Positions 19,507-29,815 are shown, numbered from the stretch's first letter. The stretch is 64,000 nt of DNA from an uncultured Flavobacteriaceae bacterium (GCA_964655585.1 CAZZNK010000001.1:15199-79198); one strand, 5' to 3'. Translations and numbers: made by a program. The notes: generated by a model from the sequence alone, not told the origin.

Positions 19507-20550
19507 TTACTGAGATTTATTTGCCAATTGTCCACAAGCGGCATCAATATCTTTACCACGAGAACGACGTACATTTACAATAATATCATTCATTTCTAAG
19601 TTAGAAATATAGTTGTTAATGGTTTGTTTATCAGCTTGCTGAAACCTACTATCATCAATAGAGTTGTACTCAATTAAATTTACTTTACATGGAATTACTT
19701 TACAAAACTCAACGAGAGCTTTAATATCTTCTTTTTTATCATTGATATCTTTCCAAACAATATATTCATAAGTAACTCTACACTGTGTTTTTTCATACCA
19801 ATAAATCAAAGATTCTTTCAAATCTTTTAAAGGAAACGTTTTGTTAAACGGCATGATTGAGGTTCTAACTTCATCAATTGCTGAATGTAGAGAAACTGCT
19901 AAATTGAATTTAACAGCATCATCCGCCATTTTTTTTATCATTTTTGGTACACCTGAGGTAGAAATTGTAATTCGTTTTGGTGACATGCCTAAGCCTTCTG
20001 AAGAGGTGATTTTTTCGATGGATTTTATGACATTATTGTAATTCATCAAAGGTTCTCCCATCCCCATAAAAACAATATTAGAAAGTTTATGATTGTAATA
20101 TAACAGGCTTTCTTTGTTGATAGCGGCAACTTGATCGTAAATTTCATCAGGATTTAAATTTCGCATTCTTTTTAAGCGAGCAGTGGCACAAAAAGTACAA
20201 TCTAAACTACAACCTACTTGACTAGAAACACAAGCAGTTGTTCGGGTTTCGGTAGGTATTAAAACAGATTCTACAATTAAATCATCGTGCAAACGGATGG
20301 CATTTTTTACGGTTCCGTCTTTACTACGCTGCATAGAATCTACTTCTATATGGTTAATGACAAAGTTTTTTTCTAACATTTCTCTAGTTTCTTTAGAAAT
20401 ATTAGTCATATCATTAAAAGAATGGGCAGATTTTCGCCATAGCCATTCATACACTTGATTTCCACGAAAAGCTTTGTCGTTATTTTCTATAAAAAAATTG
20501 CGTAGTTGCTCTTTTGTTAATGCTCGTATGTCTGTTTTTTTTGTTTCCAT
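19507..20550 (-). CDS. rlmN: 23S rRNA m2A2503 methyltransferase RlmN
   Basis: CVSSQVGCSLDCTFC, FMGMGEP, DIDAACGQL; start moved to METKK. Confidence 0.97.
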   Translation of the reverse strand: METKKTDIRALTKEQLRNFFIENNDKAFRGNQVYEWLWRKSAHSFNDMTNISKETREMLEKNFVINHIEVDSMQRSKDGTVKNAIRLHDDLIVESVLIPTETRTTACVSSQVGCSLDCTFCATARLKRMRNLNPDEIYDQVAAINKESLLYYNHKLSNIVFMGMGEPLMNYNNVIKSIEKITSSEGLGMSPKRITISTSGVPKMIKKMADDAVKFNLAVSLHSAIDEVRTSIMPFNKTFPLKDLKESLIYWYEKTQCRVTYEYIVWKDINDKKEDIKALVEFCKVIPCKVNLIEYNSIDDSRFQQADKQTINNYISNLEMNDIIVNVRRSRGKDIDAACGQLANKSQ

Positions 20551-20568
20551 TAATGGCAAAAATAAACA

Positions 20569-20595
20569 AAACCTCACAAAAAAATTGTGAGGCTT
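20569..20595 (-). terminator. Intrinsic terminator after queA
   Basis: CCTCACAA/TTGTGAGG stem then TTTTGTTT on minus strand. Confidence 0.6.
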
Positions 20596-20618
20596 GTTGT
20601 AAAATATTTATATATAAA

Positions 20619-21668
20619 TTATATGATCAACATTGCGTCACCGTAAGTATAGAATTTGTATCCTTCTTTTATAGCTTCTTTATATGCTTCCATTAAAAAA
20701 TCATAGCCTGCAAAAGCAGCAGCCATCATCATTAAAGTAGATTTTGGTGTGTGAAAATTTGTAACCATTGCATTGGCAATACTAAAATCATATTCTGGAA
20801 AAATAAATTTATTTGTCCACCCTTCAAAAGGTTTTAATTCATGCTTTGATGAAACAGAAGATTCTACTGTACGCATTACTGTAGTTCCTACAGCGCAAAC
20901 ACGTTTCTTGTTTTTTCTAGCGGCATTAATTTTCTCAGAAGTTTGGTTTGAAATAAAAATTTTCTCAGAATCCATTTTATGTTTCGATAAATCTTCAACT
21001 TCAACAGAATCAAAAGTTCCTAAACCAACGTGTAGCGTTACTTCAGCGAAATCTACTCCTTTAATTTCTAAACGTTTTAGTAAGTGTTTAGAAAAGTGTA
21101 GACCAGCAGTTGGTGCTGCTACCGCTCCTTCATGTTTTGCATAAATTGTTTGGTAACGTTCTTCGTCTGAAGGTTCAATTTCTCGGTTAAAATGTTTTGG
21201 TAATGGGGTTTGTCCTAATTCGTCTAATTTTTTTCTAAACTCATCATAAGGACCATCATATAAAAAACGTAAGGTTCTTCCTCTTGATGTTGTATTGTCT
21301 ATTACTTCTGCAACTAAATCTTCATTTTCGCCAAAAAACAATTTGTTTCCAATTCTAATTTTACGAGCTGGATCTACCAATACGTCCCACAATCTATTTT
21401 CTTCGTTCAATTCTCTTAATAAGAAAACCTCGATGCGTGCACCTGTTTTTTCTTTGTGCCCAAACATACGGGCAGGAAATACTTTGGTGTTATTTAACAT
21501 CATTACATCTCCTTCTTCAAAATAATTGATAAGGTCTTTAAATTTTTTGTGCTCAATAGTTTGTTTTTCTCTGTTTAAAACCATTAAACGAGCTTCATCT
21601 CTATGTTCTGCAGGGTGTTCTGTGATTAACTCTTCAGGTAATTCAAAGCCAAATTGTGATAATTTCAT
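20619..21668 (-). CDS. queA: SAM:tRNA ribosyltransferase-isomerase QueA
   Basis: [40 protein letters not shown]. Confidence 0.97.
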   Translation of the reverse strand: MKLSQFGFELPEELITEHPAEHRDEARLMVLNREKQTIEHKKFKDLINYFEEGDVMMLNNTKVFPARMFGHKEKTGARIEVFLLRELNEENRLWDVLVDPARKIRIGNKLFFGENEDLVAEVIDNTTSRGRTLRFLYDGPYDEFRKKLDELGQTPLPKHFNREIEPSDEERYQTIYAKHEGAVAAPTAGLHFSKHLLKRLEIKGVDFAEVTLHVGLGTFDSVEVEDLSKHKMDSEKIFISNQTSEKINAARKNKKRVCAVGTTVMRTVESSVSSKHELKPFEGWTNKFIFPEYDFSIANAMVTNFHTPKSTLMMMAAAFAGYDFLMEAYKEAIKEGYKFYTYGDAMLII

Positions 21669-21742
21669 AAAATAAATTTCTTTAATAATGCGGGCAAATA
21701 TACAACATCGAGATAGGCGTTGTCAAGTGTTTCGCTAATTAT

Positions 21743-22972
21743 TTACAGTTCTGAAAGTTGAAAACCAATTTGTTGAAGGTCTTTCCAAAAATTTTGATAA
21801 GATTTTGTAACTACTTCAGCTTCTAGAATGGTAATTGAAGTTTTTATGGCTAACGGAGCGAAAGCCATTGCCATTCTATGGTCATTATATGTGTTTATAG
21901 CAATGTTTTTATTAATTTCTTCGGATGCTTTTAAAGACAAACTATCGTTGGTAATATTAATGTTTGCACCCAATTTAGTGAGTTCCTTTTTAAGTGCTTC
22001 TAACCTGTCAGTTTCTTTAATTTTTAAGGTGTGTAGTCCTAATAAATCACAAGAAATCCCTAACCCAAATGAAGTAACGGCAATAGTTTGTGCAATATCT
22101 GGTGCATTTTTTAAGTTATAGGTAAGATGTTTTTTTTGATGATTTTCTACTTTTTTTAAAGTAATTGTGTTGTCTTTAAAAAGAGTTTCTACACCGAAAT
22201 CTTTATAAATTTCTGATAAACAAGCATCGCCTTGTAAACTTTGTTTTTTATAGGATGATAAAGTAATTTCTGTACCAATCTCACTCAATGCAATTATACT
22301 ATAAAAATAGGAAGTTGAACTCCAATCAGACTCTACAATAATTGTTTGTTTTTGTATAGATTTCTTTGGAAGAATAGTAATTAAATTATCTTTAAAATTA
22401 CTTTGTATACCTAATTGTTGTAGTAAACTCAACGTCATGTTTATATACGGAACAGAAGTAATTTTTCCTGTTAACTTAATCTTTAAACCATTTTTTAAAC
22501 TTGGGGCAATTAATAGCAATGCAGAAATATATTGGCTACTTACGTTTCCATTAATTTGAACATGGTTTTTTGTGATTTTTTTACCTACAATTTTTAACGG
22601 TGGATATCCTTCTTTTTCTACATAAGAGATTTCTGCTTCTAGGTTTTTTAATGCATCAACTAAAATTTTTATAGGTCTATTTTGCATTCTTTCAGAGCCT
22701 GTTAAAACAATTTGTTGTCGTCCTTCTTGAGTTGCAAAAAAAGCAGTTAAAAATCGCATTGCAGTACCTGCATGACCAATATCTACAACTTCTTTTTTTG
22801 TTGATAAAGCTTTTTGTAAATGCTCTGTATCATCTGAATTAGATAAGTTTTTGATACCTAATTCGGAGAAAAAATGTTGTAAAATAAGTAGCCTATTCGA
22901 TTCGCTTTTAGAACCAGAAATTTTAATAATATTGTTTAGTTTTTCCTGTTTAAACTCGAGTTGTAAATCCAA
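21743..22972 (-). CDS. aroA: 3-phosphoshikimate 1-carboxyvinyltransferase
   Basis: GSKSESNR, AGTAMRF, SSQYISALL, KETDR, DHRMAM. Confidence 0.97.
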   Translation of the reverse strand: MDLQLEFKQEKLNNIIKISGSKSESNRLLILQHFFSELGIKNLSNSDDTEHLQKALSTKKEVVDIGHAGTAMRFLTAFFATQEGRQQIVLTGSERMQNRPIKILVDALKNLEAEISYVEKEGYPPLKIVGKKITKNHVQINGNVSSQYISALLLIAPSLKNGLKIKLTGKITSVPYINMTLSLLQQLGIQSNFKDNLITILPKKSIQKQTIIVESDWSSTSYFYSIIALSEIGTEITLSSYKKQSLQGDACLSEIYKDFGVETLFKDNTITLKKVENHQKKHLTYNLKNAPDIAQTIAVTSFGLGISCDLLGLHTLKIKETDRLEALKKELTKLGANINITNDSLSLKASEEINKNIAINTYNDHRMAMAFAPLAIKTSITILEAEVVTKSYQNFWKDLQQIGFQLSEL

Positions 22973-22973
22973 A

Positions 22974-23222
22974 TTATTTAGTATTTTTATTACTTACCCA
23001 AATTCCATAAAATATACTGAATACAATTTTGTACGCCCAAAACTCTTTCCATTTTCCTTGAGCGAAATTAGTTTCAGAAACTGCATTAAAATCACCTGAA
23101 AATAGATCTTTAGAGCTATTTACTATTAAAGATATAATTACAACGATAATAAAGAAAGGGATGGCAACTTTTACTACGTTTATCCAAAATTTTGTTGTTT
23201 GCGTTTTTTCTAAAAAAGTCAT
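22974..23222 (-). CDS. Small hypothetical membrane protein
   Basis: Two hydrophobic segments; tightly packed between neighbours. Confidence 0.7.
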   Translation of the reverse strand: MTFLEKTQTTKFWINVVKVAIPFFIIVVIISLIVNSSKDLFSGDFNAVSETNFAQGKWKEFWAYKIVFSIFYGIWVSNKNTK

Positions 23223-23548
23223 TTCTGTAATTTTTTATTATTATGATGTCTATCGTGATCTCGTTTCGTTTTAAAATCTAATTTTTTATCAAAAGACTCT
23301 TGTAAGTCAATACCCGTTTGGTTTGCTAAACACAAAACAACAAATAAAACGTCTGCTAGTTCTTCACCTAAATCTTTGTTTTTGTCACTTTCTTTTTCGC
23401 TTTGTTCACCGTATCTGCGAGCAATAATTCTGGCAACCTCACCAACTTCTTCAGTTAATTGTGCCATATTGGTTAGCTCGTTAAAATACCGAACTCCATG
23501 AGTTTTAATCCAATTATCTACTTGTAGTTGTGCATTTTTGATATCCAT
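23219..23548 (-). CDS. MazG-like nucleotide pyrophosphohydrolase
   Basis: LTEEVGEVAR, EELADVLF. Confidence 0.92.
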   Translation of the reverse strand: MDIKNAQLQVDNWIKTHGVRYFNELTNMAQLTEEVGEVARIIARRYGEQSEKESDKNKDLGEELADVLFVVLCLANQTGIDLQESFDKKLDFKTKRDHDRHHNNKKLQK

Positions 23549-23590
23549 TTTCTTGATGCTAAATTAGATTCAAAGATAAAAATTATACGA

Positions 23591-24229
23591 TTACTTTGTA
23601 TTGAAATTATCTAAAAACTCTAAAAATACATTTCTATCAATTTCTTTAGCACCTAAACTTGCTAAATGAGGGTTGTAAACCTGACAATCAATAAGTGTAT
23701 ATTGTTGCTTTTTTACTAGATGGATAAATGCTAATTTAGAGGTATTACTTTCTAGACTAAACATGCTTTCTCCACAGAAAATGTTGCCAATTTCTAACCC
23801 ATATAAGCCGCCAACTAAAATATTATTTTGCCAAACCTCAATAGATTTTGCAACCCCTTTTTGATGTAAATTCAGATAGGCTTGTTCCATATCGTCAGTA
23901 ATCCAAGTGCCAAAATCATCTTTTCTGTTGATGGTTTTACAGTTAAAAATAACTTCTTTAAAAGCTTTATTTTCGGTAATGATAAATTCCTTTTTTTTGA
24001 TGATTTTTTGCATCGATTTAGAAATTTTTAAATCCGAAGGAAACAATACCATTCTTTTTACGGGGCTATACCAAACAATTGGATCATCTTCAGAAAACCA
24101 AGGGAAAATTCCGTTTTTGTATGCGTGTATTAATCTTTTCTCAGACAAATCGCCACCTAAAGCAATAATACCATCTTTGGTAGCGGTTTTGTGTGGAGGG
24201 AATTCTATTTTATCGGTTAACCAAATCAT
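23591..24229 (-). CDS. aat: Leucyl/phenylalanyl-tRNA-protein transferase
   Basis: GGDLS, AYKNGIFPW, TWIT, VGGLYG, FCGESMFS; start moved to MIWL. Confidence 0.95.
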   Translation of the reverse strand: MIWLTDKIEFPPHKTATKDGIIALGGDLSEKRLIHAYKNGIFPWFSEDDPIVWYSPVKRMVLFPSDLKISKSMQKIIKKKEFIITENKAFKEVIFNCKTINRKDDFGTWITDDMEQAYLNLHQKGVAKSIEVWQNNILVGGLYGLEIGNIFCGESMFSLESNTSKLAFIHLVKKQQYTLIDCQVYNPHLASLGAKEIDRNVFLEFLDNFNTK

Positions 24230-24267
24230 TTCTATGAAATTGTTTGCTAAAATAGTACTTTTGCCAA

Positions 24268-24531
24268 ATGGGATTAACAAATAATGATATTTTTAAAAAA
24301 TTGCGTGTTGCGCACAAATTACGAGACAACAATATTGTAGATATTTGCGCTTTGGTAGATTTTAAAGTTTCGAAAGCAGAATTAGGAGCTATTTTCAGAA
24401 ATGAAAGTCATCCGAAATACAAAGAATGTGGAGATCAATTTTTACGAAACTTTTTAAACGGATTGGTTATTCATCTTAGAGGACCAATGCCTGATAAGCG
24501 TGCGAAAAATCAAGAAGAAAAAAAGAAATAA
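24268..24531 (+). CDS. DUF1456 family protein
   Basis: NNDIFKKLRVA, ECGDQFLRNFLNGL..RG. Confidence 0.85.
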   Translation: MGLTNNDIFKKLRVAHKLRDNNIVDICALVDFKVSKAELGAIFRNESHPKYKECGDQFLRNFLNGLVIHLRGPMPDKRAKNQEEKKK

Positions 24532-24549
24532 TACGGTATTTTTAAAAAC

Positions 24550-24581
24550 AAAAAGAGCTTACAAATTTGTAAGCTCTTTTT
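24550..24581. terminator. Bidirectional terminator
   Basis: AAAAAGAGCTTACAAATTTGTAAGCTCTTTTT between convergent genes. Confidence 0.8.
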
Positions 24582-24601
24582 ATTTTAGTTTTAAAAGTAA
24601 T

Positions 24602-24964
24602 TTAAAAAGGTAAATCATCTGGTTCGCTAGCATTTAAATCTGGCGCTGGTGCTAAATCTGCAGGTGGCATATTTTGAGCAGGAGCCTGTGCTAAGTTTTC
24701 AATTCTCCATCCTTGAATAGCGTTAAAATATTTTGCAACACCTTCTGGATTGATCCACTCTCTACCACGAATGTTGATAGAAACTTTTACATCTTGTCCA
24801 ATTTGGTAGCTGTTTAATAAATCGCATTTATCTTGTACAAACTCAATCAAAATCATTTGTGGATATTGGTCGTCTGTGGTTACAACTAGCTCTCTTTTTC
24901 TAAATCCGCTAGCACCAAAAGTTTGTTCTTCGTTTATTAATTTAATTTTTCCAATAATTTCCAT
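24602..24964 (-). CDS. DUF3127 protein (SSB-like acidic tail)
   Basis: FRKRELVV, QYPQ, GREW, C-terminal DDLPF. Confidence 0.9.
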   Translation of the reverse strand: MEIIGKIKLINEEQTFGASGFRKRELVVTTDDQYPQMILIEFVQDKCDLLNSYQIGQDVKVSINIRGREWINPEGVAKYFNAIQGWRIENLAQAPAQNMPPADLAPAPDLNASEPDDLPF

Positions 24965-24973
24965 ATTCTTCTT

Positions 24974-25834
24974 TTATTTAATTAAAAGCACTTTCCAAGC
25001 ACTTTCTACATCGTTTTTCTTTAAAAAATCTTGTGCAAATGTATGTTTTTTTGTGGTTTCTATCCCAACAAATTTTAGATTGTCTTCTGCAAAGTTATCA
25101 ACATCGTTTTTTGTTGGTAATTGTTCTATGTTTCCTAACATTCCTAAATTATTACCAGATAAAACGGTACTATTTCTAATTGCTGATGGAATATTATCTA
25201 CGCCAATTCCTAATGTTGTAAGCGGTTTTGGTATTTCGAAAAAACCACTCTTTGCTCTACTATAAAAACTACCCCCTGCTCTTGCTACCAAATCTATTTT
25301 ATGATTATCAATGGCACCGTTTTTATCTAAAACTGCTTCATCAATATGTAATTTTACTACTTCGCAAATAATTAAATTTCCTGCGCCACCTTTATTTCCT
25401 AAAGCAATTACTTCGTTTATTTTACATTCAATTTGCACGGGTGATTCGGCGACTCTAAAAGGCTGTACTTTATCCGAAGAAAGCATTGTAAATCCTGCTT
25501 TTTCAAATTCATTAACCCCGTCACTATATTCTGTACTACTTAAAGACATCTGTTGTACCATATCAAAATTCACTACATTTATAACCACTTCTTTGGTTGC
25601 TAATGCATTTTCTAAGGTATGTTTTGTGGTGTTGTTTTTTACTCTTCGAGCTGGAGAGAAAATTAAAATCGGTGGATTTGCACTAAACACATTAAAAAAA
25701 CTAAAGGGTGACAAATTAGGATTTCCATCGGCATCAACAGTACTTGCCAAAGCAATGGGTCTAGGAGCTACAGCACTTAGTAGGTATCCGTGTAATTTGG
25801 CTGTTGGTATGTCTTTTGGATTGATAGATAACAT
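24974..25834 (-). CDS. Flavin reductase family protein
   Basis: VAPRPIA, NLSPFSFFN, RVAESPVQIEC; start moved to MLSIN. Confidence 0.9.
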   Translation of the reverse strand: MLSINPKDIPTAKLHGYLLSAVAPRPIALASTVDADGNPNLSPFSFFNVFSANPPILIFSPARRVKNNTTKHTLENALATKEVVINVVNFDMVQQMSLSSTEYSDGVNEFEKAGFTMLSSDKVQPFRVAESPVQIECKINEVIALGNKGGAGNLIICEVVKLHIDEAVLDKNGAIDNHKIDLVARAGGSFYSRAKSGFFEIPKPLTTLGIGVDNIPSAIRNSTVLSGNNLGMLGNIEQLPTKNDVDNFAEDNLKFVGIETTKKHTFAQDFLKKNDVESAWKVLLIK

Positions 25835-25905
25835 ATGTGTAGATTTTTTGATGTGTAAATATACTATCATTTTAAAGAATAAGTTATATAGTTTATATTT
25901 GGCTG

Positions 25906-27051
25906 ATGATTTTTTTTAAAAACACTTTGTGGGTAAAACGAATTGCAATTTTAGCATCGTTCGTAATTGTTTCTTTAATTCTGTGGAATACCTATATTTT
26001 CTTTCAGAAATTTAAGCAGGAAGAGCGTGCTAAAATGGAAAATTATGCCACTGCAATTGGAGAGTTGGCAATAGTTAATAAAGACGCAAGTGTAACGTTA
26101 CCACTTAAAATTATTGAGCAAACAAAAAACATCCCTTTAATTTTAGTACATCAAAACGGCATTATAAAGGAGTCTTATAATTTAGATTCGATAAAATCAT
26201 TAGACTCAATTTTTTTAAAAAAAGAATTGCGTAGGATGAAAAAGGAAAACAGCCCAATTGAAGTTAAGTACTTGGGGGTTACAGAATATATTTATTATAG
26301 AGATTCAGATTTGTTAAATAAACTTACTTATTATCCACTAGCGCTGATTCTTATTTTAGTACTATTTTTATCGGTAATTTATATGGTTTTCACTTCGAAT
26401 AAAATTGCTGAACAAAATAAATTATGGACAGGTATGGCAAAGGAAACAGCGCATCAAATTGGTACGCCACTTTCTTCTTTACTCGGTTGGATTGCTATTT
26501 TGAAATTAGAAAAAGTAGATGATAAATACATCCATGAAATAGAAAAGGATGTATATCGTTTAAATACAATTGCAGAACGATTTTCTAAAATTGGCTCTGT
26601 GCCTGAATTGAAAAAACAAAATTTGGTTGCTATTTCTAAAACCGCTTTTAATTATTTAGAATCGAGAAGCTCTAAGCAAATAAGCTTTAATTTTTCTACT
26701 TCGGATGATGAGATTTTTCTAGACTTAAACAAAGAATTATTTGGTTGGGTAATCGAAAACCTTATTAAAAATGCTATTGATGCGATGCTAGGAAAGGGAG
26801 AGGTGAAATTAGTGATAGAAAATACTCCAAAAAATATTAGGTTAACGGTTTCAGATACTGGAAAAGGTATACCCAAATCATTGCAAAAGCAAATTTTTAA
26901 ACCTGGTTTTACAACCAAAAAAAGAGGATGGGGTTTAGGACTATCACTTTCAAAAAGAATTGTTGAAGATTATCATCAAGGAAAAATTGGTGTTTTAAAA
27001 TCAGAAATAGAGAAAGGAACTACTTTTCAGATTTTGTTGCGTAAAAGTTAA
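25906..27051 (+). CDS. Sensor histidine kinase (no adjacent regulator)
   Basis: Two TM helices, ETAHQIGTP, ENLIKNAIDA, DTGKG, GWGLGL. Confidence 0.95.
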   Translation: MIFFKNTLWVKRIAILASFVIVSLILWNTYIFFQKFKQEERAKMENYATAIGELAIVNKDASVTLPLKIIEQTKNIPLILVHQNGIIKESYNLDSIKSLDSIFLKKELRRMKKENSPIEVKYLGVTEYIYYRDSDLLNKLTYYPLALILILVLFLSVIYMVFTSNKIAEQNKLWTGMAKETAHQIGTPLSSLLGWIAILKLEKVDDKYIHEIEKDVYRLNTIAERFSKIGSVPELKKQNLVAISKTAFNYLESRSSKQISFNFSTSDDEIFLDLNKELFGWVIENLIKNAIDAMLGKGEVKLVIENTPKNIRLTVSDTGKGIPKSLQKQIFKPGFTTKKRGWGLGLSLSKRIVEDYHQGKIGVLKSEIEKGTTFQILLRKS

Positions 27052-27082
27052 TATCATTCCTGTGTAGGGAGTAATCTTTTAC

Positions 27083-27472
27083 TTATTCAAAATTATCCGA
27101 AATATTTTTAGCAATCTCTATAAATTCATTCGAAGAGAAAACTTCTTTTTTCTGAAATTGAATATCTTCCATAGCCTGTAGCGGAATTAAATGCACATGT
27201 ACATGTGGCACTTCTAAGCCAATTACACTCATGCCAATACGTTTACACGGAATTGTTTTTTCAATTGCTTTGGCAACTCGATAAGAGAAATCCATCAAAC
27301 TTAAATAATCTTCTTTTGATAAATCAAACAGTTTATTTTCTTCTTTTTTAGGAACAACCAATGTATGTCCTTTTGCATTCGGATTGATGTCTAAAAAAGC
27401 AAAAAAATGCTCGTTTTCTGCAATTTTGTACGAAGGGATTTCTCCGTTAATTATTTTGGTAAAAATGCTCAT
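27083..27472 (-). CDS. HIT family protein
   Basis: SIFTKII, GHTLVVP, HVHVHLIP. Confidence 0.95.
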   Translation of the reverse strand: MSIFTKIINGEIPSYKIAENEHFFAFLDINPNAKGHTLVVPKKEENKLFDLSKEDYLSLMDFSYRVAKAIEKTIPCKRIGMSVIGLEVPHVHVHLIPLQAMEDIQFQKKEVFSSNEFIEIAKNISDNFE

Positions 27473-27482
27473 TTTTAAATAA

Positions 27483-27956
27483 TTATCTGCTAATATCTAT
27501 AACTTCAAACTTCATAATTCCGTTCGGAACAGTAATTTCTGCAATATCACCCACTTCTTTACCTAATAAACCTTTTCCGATAGGAGAATTAACAGATAAT
27601 TTTCCGTTTTTCACATCGGTTTCAGAATCGGCAACTAGTGTGTAAGTAAACACCATTTTGTTAGCAGTATTTTTAATTTTTATAATAGAATGAATCAATA
27701 TCTTAGAAGTATCTAATTGAGATTCATCAATAATACGAGCACTTGCCACTACATTTTTTAATTTGGCAATTTTAAATTCTAAGTGAGATTGTTCTTCTTT
27801 TGCAGCATGATATTCTGCATTTTCACTCAAATCTCCCTTGTCTCTTGCATCTGCAATTTCTTGGGTAACTCTAGGTCTTTCTATTTGTTCTAGCTGTTGT
27901 AGTTCTTCTTTTAATTTATGAAAACCTTCTTTTGTATAATAGGATATCTCGCTCAT
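27483..27956 (-). CDS. greA: Transcription elongation factor GreA
   Basis: GDLSENAEY, SPIGKGLLG; start moved to MSEIS. Confidence 0.96.
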   Translation of the reverse strand: MSEISYYTKEGFHKLKEELQQLEQIERPRVTQEIADARDKGDLSENAEYHAAKEEQSHLEFKIAKLKNVVASARIIDESQLDTSKILIHSIIKIKNTANKMVFTYTLVADSETDVKNGKLSVNSPIGKGLLGKEVGDIAEITVPNGIMKFEVIDISR

Positions 27957-27972
27957 TGATCTTAAATTTAAA

Positions 27973-28018
27973 AATCTCATTACTGAAACTTATCAGAATG
28001 AGATTGATTACAAATATA
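27973..28018 (-). promoter_or_regulatory. greA promoter and leader hairpin
   Basis: TATATTTG at 28018-28011, then AATCTCATTCTGA..TCAGTAATGAGATT followed by TTT. Confidence 0.55.
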
Positions 28019-28067
28019 CAAAATATTTGTAAATTGTGAGCGTTTTCAATTAAAACAGTTTGTTAGA

Positions 28068-28487
28068 ATGATAAAAAAAATGATTATATATTGTATTATA
28101 ATTTCTTTTTTAGGATGCTTAGATGCTCCTCAAAACAGCAATTGCTTACCCTCTATTGATGTAAGTATCAGTACAGAATTAAACAACCCTTCACTTATAA
28201 ATGTGCAAACTCCAGGAGGATTTGCTTACATACAAGGAGGGCAAAAAGGAATTTTATTATTCAATATTGATAATACCCGTTTTGTGGCTTTTGATAGACT
28301 TTGCCCTAATACCGATTGTACTGCTCCGATGGTTTTTGAAAACGGACTGGCGTTAAGATGCACTTGCGATGATAGTAAATATAGTGTTCATTTTCAGGGA
28401 GCTCCACAAACAGATAATGCTGAGTGTCCTGCCAGAGAATACAAAGTAACCAAAATAGGCACAAGTTTACGAATCACTAATTTTTAA
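28068..28487 (+). CDS. Lipoprotein with degenerate Rieske-like fold
   Basis: Lipobox FLGC; AFDRLCPN..LRCTCDDSKY. Confidence 0.7.
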   Translation: MIKKMIIYCIIISFLGCLDAPQNSNCLPSIDVSISTELNNPSLINVQTPGGFAYIQGGQKGILLFNIDNTRFVAFDRLCPNTDCTAPMVFENGLALRCTCDDSKYSVHFQGAPQTDNAECPAREYKVTKIGTSLRITNF

Positions 28488-28541
28488 CAGCATATATTCA
28501 AAATAGATGCTTATTTTTGTGTAAACAATACAATAACTATT

Positions 28542-29696
28542 TTGAAAAACTATTTTTCTTCAGATTTTAAATTGGGCGTTCTCGGTGGCGGACAATTAGG
28601 CAGAATGTTACTTGCTGAAACTCAAAAATTTGATATTTACACACTCATTTTAGACAGTTCTTTAGATGCACCTTGTGCGCAGATTTGCAATGAATTTCAT
28701 CAAGGAAATCTCTTGAATTTTGATGATGTTTATAATTTTGGTAAAAAAGTAGACATCCTAACCATCGAAATTGAAAATGTAAATATTGATGCTTTAGACA
28801 AGTTAGAAGCAGAAGGACTTACTATTTATCCGAAGCCAAAAGATATTAGAATTATTCAAAATAAAGGCATTCAGAAAAAATTTTATATAGAAAATCAGAT
28901 TCCGACGGCACCTTTTTCGCATTTTTTTTCTTCGGATGAAGTCAAAAATGCTGAAATTAATTTTCCGTTTGTTTGGAAAGCAGCACGTTTTGGGTACGAT
29001 GGTACAGGTGTAAAAATTGTTAGAAATAGTAACGATTTAGAAAATTTACCAAACGTAGAATGTATCACAGAACAATTAATCCCTTTTAAAAACGAATTGG
29101 CGGTAATTGTAGCAAGAAATAAAAGTGGAGAAACAAAAACATATCCTGTGGTAGAAATGGAATTTCATCCAGAAGCCAATCAAGTAGAATATGTAATTTG
29201 TCCTGCTAGAATTGATGAAAAAATTGTTCAAAAAGCACAGAAAATCGCTTTAAAAATTGCTGATACTTTTAATTTTGTAGGGTTGTTAGCCGTAGAGATG
29301 TTTCAAACCAAAGATGATGAGATTTTGGTAAATGAAGTTGCTCCGAGAACACATAATTCTGGGCATTATTCTATCGAAGCGAGTTATACCAATCAGTTTG
29401 AGCAGCATTTACGGAGTATTTTAAATCTTCCGTTAGGAAATACAGCGAGTAAAGTTGGCGGAATTATGGTGAATTTAGTGGGCGAAGAGAATTATACAGG
29501 AAAAGTAATCTATAAAAATATGGAAGAAATTCTACAAATAGATGGTGTTACGCCACACATCTACGGAAAAAAAATAACCAAACCTTTTCGTAAAATGGGC
29601 CATGTAACTATTGTACATAAAGATATTAATAAAGCAAGAGAGATTGCTCAAAAAGTAAAAGAAACAGTACGAGTAATTAGTGAAGAAAAACAGTAA
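28542..29696 (+). CDS. purK: N5-carboxyaminoimidazole ribonucleotide synthase
   Basis: GGGQLGRM, GYDG.G, NEVAPRTHNSGH, RKMGH. Confidence 0.97.
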   Translation: MKNYFSSDFKLGVLGGGQLGRMLLAETQKFDIYTLILDSSLDAPCAQICNEFHQGNLLNFDDVYNFGKKVDILTIEIENVNIDALDKLEAEGLTIYPKPKDIRIIQNKGIQKKFYIENQIPTAPFSHFFSSDEVKNAEINFPFVWKAARFGYDGTGVKIVRNSNDLENLPNVECITEQLIPFKNELAVIVARNKSGETKTYPVVEMEFHPEANQVEYVICPARIDEKIVQKAQKIALKIADTFNFVGLLAVEMFQTKDDEILVNEVAPRTHNSGHYSIEASYTNQFEQHLRSILNLPLGNTASKVGGIMVNLVGEENYTGKVIYKNMEEILQIDGVTPHIYGKKITKPFRKMGHVTIVHKDINKAREIAQKVKETVRVISEEKQ

Positions 29697-29703
29697 AAGA
29701 TAT

Positions 29704-29778
29704 GTCATTTCTGTAAAGGCAGAAATCTCAATAATAAATTAGGTAAATAAGAACAGATTCCTGCTTTTACAGGAATGA
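29704..29778. repeat. REP-like inverted repeat pair
   Basis: GTCATTTCTGTAAAGGCAGAAATCT ... AGATTCCTGCTTTTACAGGAATGA; each arm is itself palindromic. Confidence 0.75.
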
Positions 29779-29815
29779 AAGAAGCGCATAAACAGTTAAA
29801 CAATTACACAATATT

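Noticed and set aside
23219..23548. MazG-like gene as an anti-phage defence component
   Set aside because: It sits in a housekeeping run with aroA and aat, with no defence genes nearby.
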